IMG/VR virus record: IMGVR_UViG_3300029157_000009
Span: 1-7,538 of that record
Source of the DNA: a virus
Lineage: Duplodnaviria; Heunggongvirae; Uroviricota; Caudoviricetes
DNA length: 7,538 nucleotides
Reading direction: 5' to 3' (one strand)
Program-made: the position numbers and the translations under genes
In this document: in pieces, positions 1-6,155 of the stretch
How positions within the stretch are numbered: the first letter of the stretch is position 1
How the letters are laid out: each line of letters opens with the position of its first letter
The notes under the pieces: model-generated
The model's database searches: none
What the model was told of the DNA's origin: nothing
The model's input: only the letters and a program-made list of their open reading frames with translations

Positions 1-1129
1 TCTATATAGCAATTATTATTCGCATCCTTTTTCTCATAATTCAACAAATGCATTCGGATTTGTTGTATTAGCAATATACATAATAACCCTCTCAAGCAAG
101 AAAATAATTCCTGCCGCTTCCATTTTTATACTATTAGTACTTTCTGGAGCTTCTGATCCTTGGATATTACCATCTTTTACACTACCTATATTGATATCTG
201 AGGTTTACAATTCATTCATCAATAGAAAAAGTTACAAATACTTTATTTTTCTATTGCTTGCATTTTTAACATCTTATTTGAATCTAGTTCAACACCTTTT
301 TGATCTACCGACTGGCGGGTTCAAAATAACAACATTTGAGCAGATGATATCTAATGCACAGTATGCAATAGTATTAACAGCAAAAATGATGCCATTGTGG
401 GTAAACCCATCAGCATCTATGTCATATTTTATTGTTTTCATATGGGTGGCCGTGTTCATAGCAGCTGCTTTAGTTTGTTTTAATAGAGGTAAAGAATTAC
501 GTATCTTTTCTATTTGCTGCGTCCTTTCAGTTCTTGGAATTTACTCTTCATCTATAATTGGAGATCAATTTCCGCATCAACGTTTTTATGTAAATGTTGC
601 TCCCGTTGTTTTCTTGTTAACCTCTGTAGCCATAAGATTTTATAAAGCTTTCTTAATACCAATTTTCATAACTATTTGTGTTTCTGTTTATGGGTATTGT
701 AACTCACCATTAAAATATGAAGAAAATAAAAACCCAGTTTATGAATATATGACTTTCCTTTCCAACAATAATCTAAGTTATGGTTATGGTAGTTTTTGGT
801 ATTCTATGAATATGACAGTGAATTGGTTATCAAAAGACCAAATACATATAACACCTGTTTTCTTTAACCCTGAAACTGGTGTTGTGTATTTTCAGCCTGC
901 AAGAATACAAACACTGTCTTCATGGCATACAAAGGAATTCATAAGCGGTAAACCAAACAGACAGTTTATTGCCATAACTCAGGGACAAACCGGTGGTGAT
1001 ACATGTCCAAACGTTCAAATATGTATTGATGGTGCTCAGAAGCAATTAGGAAAAGCCGATGAAATCCTATCATATAAGAACACAACATTCTTGGTGTACA
1101 ACAAACCAATTGAAACAGATATAAAGTAA
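1..1129 (+). CDS. 5'-truncated multi-pass integral membrane protein with a ~150-aa C-terminal hydrophilic domain; candidate O-antigen-modifying (GtrC-like) lysogenic-conversion protein
   Basis: The listed ORF begins at a TTG at 191, but the same frame (codons from position 2) has no stop back to the window edge and encodes further hydrophobic segments (e.g. FGFVVLAIYIITL, IIPAASIFILLVLSGA), so the gene starts upstream of the window. At least six hydrophobic helices are followed by a hydrophilic tail (CNSPLKYEENKNPVYEY...KPIETDIK). The region is visibly AT-rich compared with the rest of the window. It is convergent on the tailspike gene, as gtrC is in P22. The functional family is inferred from position and topology only. 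Confidence 0.75.
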   Translation, partial: LYSNYYSHPFSHNSTNAFGFVVLAIYIITLSSKKIIPAASIFILLVLSGASDPWILPSFTLPILISEVYNSFINRKSYKYFIFLLLAFLTSYLNLVQHLFDLPTGGFKITTFEQMISNAQYAIVLTAKMMPLWVNPSASMSYFIVFIWVAVFIAAALVCFNRGKELRIFSICCVLSVLGIYSSSIIGDQFPHQRFYVNVAPVVFLLTSVAIRFYKAFLIPIFITICVSVYGYCNSPLKYEENKNPVYEYMTFLSNNNLSYGYGSFWYSMNMTVNWLSKDQIHITPVFFNPETGVVYFQPARIQTLSSWHTKEFISGKPNRQFIAITQGQTGGDTCPNVQICIDGAQKQLGKADEILSYKNTTFLVYNKPIETDIK

Positions 1130-1138
1130 TTTAATGCA

Positions 1139-1166
1139 AGAGAGGGATATTTCCCTCTCTTTTTTA
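1139..1166 (+). terminator. Rho-independent terminator between the convergent membrane-protein and tailspike genes
   Basis: Perfect 9-bp stem AGAGAGGGA (1139-1147) / TCCCTCTCT (1152-1160) with a 4-nt loop TATT, followed directly by a T-run (1161-1165). It lies 10 nt after the plus-strand stop (TAA 1127-1129) and just 3' of the tailspike stop (1167-1169 on minus), so it may also act in the other direction, though the minus-strand T-tract is weaker. Confidence 0.65.
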
Positions 1167-3290
1167 TTAATAATTCCCCTCAGAAAGGAAGCTGTAAACC
1201 CCGGGACCACCTGCAATATTACATGTCCACGCCTTTGGTTGTCCTGAAGCAGGTGCGCTATTGATAACGCGTTCGCCTATATCCCAGAAACCGGATGTAG
1301 GTACTGACGAAAGATAAAATGTTGTTTTTTCAACTTGTAACGCATTTGATGGCATTCCATATACACAAAGAGACGGTGAGTTTATGAGTACATTTCCTGA
1401 ACCATAATTTCTTATGCCAACATTTATAGCTGTAGCCGTTGCGTCTATATACACACCACAACTAACATAGCGCCATTTCCCATTACCAGCTAAAGGTGCT
1501 GTAGAGTCTGTTTGTCCTGCACCATTAACTATAAACATAAGTTTTGACGCTGCTCCCTGGTCATTTACCCACGCACCAAACCATACAAATTTCCCTTTTA
1601 GTTCTGGTGATTTGTTGAGGTCTATCGTTCGTCCCCAAACTCTATCTCCTGTCGTAACTAAGAATGAATAATTACCAGCATAGATGTTTTGAGTTTTTAT
1701 CAATGTTCCTGTGGTTCCAGATGTCGCGGTCCAGAGCAACATATTTCGATCAAGATAGTTAGCAGTTAACTCTCTGTTCGCAATATCTATTAAATGCGCA
1801 GTGTCAGGGTTTTGTGTCGCCGGGTCATAACTACCAACGTATCCTATGGAGTTCACTGTGTTGTTGGCAAGATATAGCCTGTCAGTAACTTTGGACGAAA
1901 GATTATTGTGGTACATTGCTAATAAATTATTCACTTTCGATACGTCTAATAACTGATTATTTTCAATCGTCAGGTTTTTCGCATAGTTCGTGAAAATAAA
2001 TCCGTCTTGGTTAGGTAGCGCGCTGGCGTAGCCAATCGCGGTCTGCTGATTCCCGCGAATAGATACGGTATCATTAATTTTTGAAAGGTCAGGAATTAAT
2101 GTAAAATTGTTCGCGATAAGGTGGATATCCGCACGTACTGTAATAGACTCAGGTACACTATACGGGTAACCAATCTCACCGTTGCGTTCCCAATAGTTAT
2201 CATCAAGGTTAAGGCCTTTAACCCCGTAAGCCAAAAGTCCGTAGAACTTATTTTGCTCTATATTGTTGCCATTAACTCTGACGCTCATACCGCCCTCAGC
2301 GTAAGCTGGCGTAAGTAAAACTCCACCGGCTCCGTTACCATAGATACGGCTGTTGATTATATTAATATTATTGCAGAAACCACCAACATTAATACCGTTA
2401 CCGGCGTTTTGAAACAACCGGCACCCAATGATGTCAATGGAGTAACCGTTAACTAATATTGCGTTGTTATTAGTATTAACCACGTCAATATTTTCTATTT
2501 TAATGTGGTTGGCTTCAGTAAGACTGATGCCGTTAGCTGCGTAGCCATTTCCGTCAAGACCAAAGTCCCTGAACTCGCAGAACGCAATTACCCCATCTTG
2601 TTGCGTGATTATCGGTGCCGCTGTACCCGTAGAGAAAATTCTGGACTGATATGCGCCAGCACCTCGTATCATGGTGACAGTATTCTTAATCGTAATACCA
2701 GGGTCAACAATGAACGCCCCCTCTGGTATAACAATCTCAGTTGGCAACGTAGCATCATCAATAGCCTTCTGAAATGCAGCTTTGTTCTGAGCACCGGTGT
2801 TTCCCTCAGCAAACCCGTAGTCTGTAAGCGTCCTCAGGTCGATAGTTAGCTTTTTTGAGAGAATGGTCGATGTGCTATCGACAAACTGTGGGTTATGCAT
2901 GACTAGAGAGTCGCCAAGTGAGTGATCTTCGCTCAGGAGATTGCCCTTAAACTGATCTGGATCATACTTTAGCACATTCGGAAAATAGAACTGCTGCGCA
3001 CCGTATGCATCATAAACAGCCATAGAATGGCCTTGCACAGTTACGAACTTGGCAATCTGTCCGTTATATACAGGGTAACCAGCAGCGTTAATGATGATTG
3101 GTTGCGAAACAGGAACGTGAGAGCCGTCTTCGTTTTCCACATAAACCTGAATCTGGTTTTCAGGATTTACCGGGTCCGTGTCAATTTTACCGATATAAAT
3201 TTTGCCATTAGTTACGGCTTTAAAAGAACGCGCCATAGTGAAGAGTTGCGAAGGCATGCTTACCACAACATTTGCGGTGATATCTGACAT
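1167..3290 (-). CDS. Tailspike protein: P22 gp9-type N-terminal head-binding domain fused to a divergent right-handed beta-helix receptor-binding domain (probable polysaccharide depolymerase)
   Basis: From the internal Met the protein begins [59 protein letters not shown]...[15 protein letters not shown]...NVLKYDPDQ, which closely matches the P22 tailspike N-terminus as I recall it ([59 protein letters not shown]...). I place the start at the ATG at 3290-3288 rather than the ORF-track start at 3338, because of this homology and a GGAG Shine-Dalgarno 7 nt upstream on the minus strand. The remaining ~590 residues are rich in N/G/I/V repeats typical of a parallel beta-helix (e.g. [71 protein letters not shown]) and do not resemble the P22 endorhamnosidase domain. 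Confidence 0.92.
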   Translation of the reverse strand: MSDITANVVVSMPSQLFTMARSFKAVTNGKIYIGKIDTDPVNPENQIQVYVENEDGSHVPVSQPIIINAAGYPVYNGQIAKFVTVQGHSMAVYDAYGAQQFYFPNVLKYDPDQFKGNLLSEDHSLGDSLVMHNPQFVDSTSTILSKKLTIDLRTLTDYGFAEGNTGAQNKAAFQKAIDDATLPTEIVIPEGAFIVDPGITIKNTVTMIRGAGAYQSRIFSTGTAAPIITQQDGVIAFCEFRDFGLDGNGYAANGISLTEANHIKIENIDVVNTNNNAILVNGYSIDIIGCRLFQNAGNGINVGGFCNNINIINSRIYGNGAGGVLLTPAYAEGGMSVRVNGNNIEQNKFYGLLAYGVKGLNLDDNYWERNGEIGYPYSVPESITVRADIHLIANNFTLIPDLSKINDTVSIRGNQQTAIGYASALPNQDGFIFTNYAKNLTIENNQLLDVSKVNNLLAMYHNNLSSKVTDRLYLANNTVNSIGYVGSYDPATQNPDTAHLIDIANRELTANYLDRNMLLWTATSGTTGTLIKTQNIYAGNYSFLVTTGDRVWGRTIDLNKSPELKGKFVWFGAWVNDQGAASKLMFIVNGAGQTDSTAPLAGNGKWRYVSCGVYIDATATAINVGIRNYGSGNVLINSPSLCVYGMPSNALQVEKTTFYLSSVPTSGFWDIGERVINSAPASGQPKAWTCNIAGGPGVYSFLSEGNY

Positions 3291-3411
3291 TTCATTGCTC
3301 CAGACGAATGATATGATGCAACCATGATGTGATTGCATACCGAAATGGTACTATTGAGTATTTATCCAGTAGGTTACGATGCCATTCCACCCAACTGGTG
3401 AGGCATCAAGG
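3291..3411. promoter_or_regulatory. Divergent intergenic control region between the tailspike and the mnt-like gene; candidate promoters and operator
   Basis: A 121-bp spacer separates two divergent start codons. It contains ATGAT direct repeats (3308-3317 and 3324-3328), an inverted repeat ATGCAA (3316-3321) / TTGCAT (3333-3338), and a short inverted repeat CACC-AACT-GGTG (3389-3400) just before the mnt-like Shine-Dalgarno. I could not assign -35/-10 hexamers with confidence. Confidence 0.35.
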
Positions 3412-3672
3412 ATGTACAGCAAATACGACGAGGCGCAGTTTCACTTGAGACTTCCGCATGAACTCCACGCGAAAATTAAGCAGCGTGCGAAGATGAATAA
3501 CAGGTCGCTGAACTCAGAGATAATTGCAGCGATTGAGGAATCATTGGATAAACAAAGCTCTGCATCAGTTTACATTGACGATGCAGAGCGTATGGCAGAA
3601 CAACAATCTGATATGGTTAAGAAAATTGTCTTTGATACGCTCAAGAAGCTATATAAAAAAGACAGCAGATAA
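3412..3672 (+). CDS. mnt: Mnt-like ribbon-helix-helix (Arc/MetJ family) transcriptional repressor
   Basis: The C-terminal half, DAERMAEQQSDMVKKIVFDTLKKLYKK, closely matches P22 Mnt (DAERLADEQSELVKKMVFDTLKDLYKK), and the N-terminal region, FHLRLPHELHAKIKQRAKMNNRSLNSEII, aligns with the Mnt RHH region (FNFRMPMEVREKLKFRAEANGRSMNSELL), both from memory. I start the gene at the ATG at 3412, which gives an Mnt-sized 86-aa product with a GGTGAGG Shine-Dalgarno (3397-3403), rather than at the ORF-track ATG at 3379. Confidence 0.85.
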   Translation: MYSKYDEAQFHLRLPHELHAKIKQRAKMNNRSLNSEIIAAIEESLDKQSSASVYIDDAERMAEQQSDMVKKIVFDTLKKLYKKDSR

Positions 3673-3692
3673 CCATCCGTTACGGAGGATTT

Positions 3693-3770
3693 ATGCACAG
3701 AGATATGCTGAATATTGCGTTCTACATATTTGGTTTTTGCACGTTCCTGGTGTTTGCAAAGCTATTCTGA
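3693..3770 (+). CDS. Hypothetical 25-aa hydrophobic peptide (MHRDMLNIAFYIFGFCTFLVFAKLF), single predicted transmembrane helix
   Basis: An ATG at 3693 is preceded by GGAGGA (3684-3689) and lies 20 nt after the mnt-like stop on the same strand. The product is a short charged head followed by about 20 hydrophobic residues. Its 3' end overlaps the last codons of the convergent 797-aa gene. It is too short to be supported by homology and the Shine-Dalgarno spacing is short. Confidence 0.25.
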   Translation: MHRDMLNIAFYIFGFCTFLVFAKLF

Positions 3771-6155
3771 CAACGCATCAGACTTAGCCCCCTGCGTCAG
3801 GGCGTTAATGGCCTTTTGCGCCTGCTGCATGGCTTTCTCAAACGCTGTTGATCCGCGTGGGGTGTTTGCCATTCGGAGCATTGCATTTCTGAATGGCTCG
3901 CTCTCATAGGCGCGAGTAAGAAGTCCGTAGCTTACCGCTGCGCCAGTTGTCGCCGGGTTCATTGCCGTCCCATACCCGATAATGAACGGGATAGTTTGCT
4001 GCCCCGTTGGTGTTGTTACTGCCGCTTTTGCTGCCTGCTGAGTGGATTGAAGGTAGTTTTTCAATCCTTTCAGATAAGCGGCTTCCTGACCTTTAAATGT
4101 GATGCCAGTCTGGTTTTGCAGGATGTTAAGCTGTCGAAGGAACTGGTCAGGGGATCCGCCAGATTTCTCCATCGCCTTTCCAATGATGCCATTGCGCATT
4201 TGCGCCCTGCCAACACGACCAACTGAGTTATACAGAGTCTTAATTTCCGATTTGTTCTTGCTGAATAGCATGTTGTTGACAACTTCCGGCGTCAGGTCGC
4301 CTTTCATGATAACATTCTTCAGCCTGGTATTCTTTAGTTTCGCCGCTTCGTCAGCGTAGACGGCATTGGCCTGCTGATATTTACGGAGAGTATCGTTGCC
4401 AAGATTCTGACCAATGGCACCATTGATATCGTCAGTCATTGCCTTGTAAACGCGCTGAATGGCAGCATCGGAACGGTTTGGTAACACTGGTCGCTCACCC
4501 TTCACGTCCATTCTGAACTGGCTGCGCAGGTCGCTTAATTGCTTCAAATCCAGATTTACCGGACCATCAGGACCAGCATTGCGAACAAGCTCATCACGAT
4601 AGGACTGAAGTTTTGAAATAGTCTCGTTATCGGCGACCTTACCAAGCTTCTGCAGATTAGATATTTCTGTATCAATCTGCTGAATTGCTCGCGCAGGCTG
4701 AATGTTTACTCCAGCCATAGCATTCTGAACCTGCTCCAGTCGATTACCGGCGGCACGACGAATTCCTGATGTTTTCGCTTTAAGGCTGTCAATAACAACC
4801 GCTGGATCATACTCACCGAATTTATCGGCAAATCTCTGCACCAACTGGCTTCTCGCTTCCTGTTGCGTTGCTCTCATTCCGCTTGTGCCAGCCAGAGGGA
4901 TATTTTCTGCTGTAGTCTGCGCCATTTTTCCGACGCGGGAAGTTGGTTGTAACAGGTCTGTGGTGTGAAGAGGAACTCCTTCACGCTCTGCAAATCTGAT
5001 AGCCTGCTGCGCTTCTGGCGAGATAGCGCCACGAACGCCACGATAAGCAGCACCTAATCCACGTCCGGCAGCGTTAATAGCACCGCCAGCAAGTACACCA
5101 ACGCCTAAATCGGTGGCGAGTGCTTCCGCATCATCTTTCGCACTATTTGCAGCAAGTGATCCAACTGCGTTTTCTGCTAGAAGGCGAGTTGCCCCCTGAG
5201 CAATTCGACCAGCAAGTGTTGGTGCCTGTGTTGCCGCTCTCTCAACGCCAGCAGGAGTGAGGTAAGGCAATGCTTCAGCAAATACCCTTCCCTCTGTCGT
5301 TTGTGGAGTCAGCGCGCCTTGCTGAAGGCCAAAGTCCTGCTCTAATCCCTGCGTTGTTACTCGTGGTGCTGGTTGATATGTACCATCGCCAATGCCGAGT
5401 TTACCGCCAGCCCAAGCCGCCGCGCTTGTTACAGCATCAGTGAGTTCAGCAGGTATGTTCGCTACGTTGATTCCTGCCTGTAGTAAGCCGCGCCCGGTTT
5501 CAGCAAGTCCATTACCAAGGTCAGACATTATTCCGCCTTGCTGCTGAACAGGTTTCGGTGCGACAGAACTTACGGGTTGAGGTGGCTGCTGACTGGCTGC
5601 CTGCTGCTCAATCTGAGCAAATGGATTATTTGGGTCTGACTGCACGCCTGATGCCGATACTTGTTCGGATGACTGTGCTTCCAGTTGTGCAAACGGGTTG
5701 TTAGGGTCTTGCTGAGGATGTACCTTTGCAGAGGTGGCGCGCTGTTCGACTGTTGAGTCTGTCACCGGGTCACCCGCCCATTGAGCAAAGCGATCATCAA
5801 CGTAACCGCGGCCTTCAGGTCCTGGCGTATATTCACCACGCTTTGCCTTCATAACGTTGCCGGGACCGTCGTGATAAGCCTGAAGAGCGTCACGCCAGTT
5901 ACCAAACTGCTGGTACATCTTTGCCAGATAGCGCGCGCCAGCGTCAGCCTGATATTCGGGGTTTTGCATTTGCTCATCGGTATAACCCATATCACGCCAT
6001 GTCCCAGGCATGACCTGAGTCAATCCTACAGCCCCGGCGGAGCTTACTGCGGCAGGGTTGTAAGAAGACTCCTTGGCACCCAGTGCAGTCATCAACCCTT
6101 CTGGCACACCGTAACGTGCGCCAGCCTGCTCTAACAAATCACGGTAATTAGCCAT
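3762..6155 (-). CDS. Virion ejection (DNA-transfer) protein in the P22 gene-16 position, with an N-terminal family-1 lytic transglycosylase (SLT) domain
   Basis: This is a 797-aa ORF. Its N-terminus carries the canonical SLT signature AKESSYNPAAVSSAGAVGLTQVMPGTW, with the catalytic Glu in the ES motif, followed by AYHDGPGN. The remainder is an Ala/Gly/Gln-rich extended region. The start ATG directly abuts the stop of the preceding gene (TAAATG at 6158-6153), suggesting translational coupling. Its position, just downstream of the gene-20-like protein and upstream of the tailspike, matches the ejection-protein block of P22-like phages. Confidence 0.9.
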   Translation of the reverse strand: MANYRDLLEQAGARYGVPEGLMTALGAKESSYNPAAVSSAGAVGLTQVMPGTWRDMGYTDEQMQNPEYQADAGARYLAKMYQQFGNWRDALQAYHDGPGNVMKAKRGEYTPGPEGRGYVDDRFAQWAGDPVTDSTVEQRATSAKVHPQQDPNNPFAQLEAQSSEQVSASGVQSDPNNPFAQIEQQAASQQPPQPVSSVAPKPVQQQGGIMSDLGNGLAETGRGLLQAGINVANIPAELTDAVTSAAAWAGGKLGIGDGTYQPAPRVTTQGLEQDFGLQQGALTPQTTEGRVFAEALPYLTPAGVERAATQAPTLAGRIAQGATRLLAENAVGSLAANSAKDDAEALATDLGVGVLAGGAINAAGRGLGAAYRGVRGAISPEAQQAIRFAEREGVPLHTTDLLQPTSRVGKMAQTTAENIPLAGTSGMRATQQEARSQLVQRFADKFGEYDPAVVIDSLKAKTSGIRRAAGNRLEQVQNAMAGVNIQPARAIQQIDTEISNLQKLGKVADNETISKLQSYRDELVRNAGPDGPVNLDLKQLSDLRSQFRMDVKGERPVLPNRSDAAIQRVYKAMTDDINGAIGQNLGNDTLRKYQQANAVYADEAAKLKNTRLKNVIMKGDLTPEVVNNMLFSKNKSEIKTLYNSVGRVGRAQMRNGIIGKAMEKSGGSPDQFLRQLNILQNQTGITFKGQEAAYLKGLKNYLQSTQQAAKAAVTTPTGQQTIPFIIGYGTAMNPATTGAAVSYGLLTRAYESEPFRNAMLRMANTPRGSTAFEKAMQQAQKAINALTQGAKSDALSE
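5589..5714 (-). repeat. In-frame tandem duplication of about 18 codons inside the SLT-domain ejection protein
   Basis: Protein residues ~148-165 (QQDPNNPFAQLEAQSSEQ) and ~172-189 (QSDPNNPFAQIEQQAASQ) are near-identical, and the matching DNA units are visible on the plus strand around 5620-5710 (caaatggattatttgggtctgactg / caaacgggttgttagggtcttgctg). The repeat lies just C-terminal to the SLT domain. Confidence 0.6.

Noticed and set aside
2121-2849. Plus-strand ORFs 2121-2318 (65 aa) and 2505-2849 (114 aa)
   Set aside because: Both lie entirely antisense within the well-supported tailspike CDS, and their products are low-complexity with no recognisable features. Most likely chance ORFs.
3027-3287. 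Plus-strand ORF 3027-3287 (86 aa)
   Set aside because: It is antisense to the conserved head-binding domain of the tailspike; the homology-supported minus-strand frame explains this DNA.
3291-3338. Sixteen-codon N-terminal extension of the tailspike ORF ([16 protein letters not shown])
   Set aside because: The P22 gp9-like sequence starts exactly at the internal Met ([10 protein letters not shown]) and a GGAG ribosome-binding site precedes that ATG; the extension has no homology support.
3385-3403. Search for the P22 Mnt operator palindrome upstream of the mnt-like gene
   Set aside because: Only a loose CACC...GGTG resemblance is present, not the 17-bp P22 Omnt sequence as I recall it. The DNA-contacting residues of this protein also differ from P22 Mnt, so I do not claim a P22-type operator.
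3379-3411. Eleven-codon N-terminal extension of the mnt-like ORF (MPFHPTGEASR)
   Set aside because: The internal ATG at 3412 gives a protein collinear with P22 Mnt and has a better-placed Shine-Dalgarno; the extension would also eat into the putative operator/promoter region.
3787-3805. Short hairpin GCCCCCTG-cgt-CAGGGC considered as a terminator for the mnt-like transcript
   Set aside because: The stem is only about 5 bp, it is not followed by a T-run, and it sits inside the last codons of the 797-aa CDS. Not convincing as an intrinsic terminator.
3524-3909. Plus-strand ORFs 3524-3787 (87 aa) and 3715-3909 (64 aa)
   Set aside because: The first is an alternative frame over the mnt-like gene and the second is antisense to the C-terminus of the 797-aa ejection protein. 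Neither has a convincing ribosome-binding site or recognisable product.
3996-4359. Short ORFs 3996-4226 (+), 4070-4282 (-) and 4099-4359 (+)
   Set aside because: All are embedded in or antisense to the 797-aa ejection-protein CDS; the minus-strand one is an out-of-frame internal ORF. Cys/Arg-rich products are typical of spurious frames in GC-rich coding DNA.
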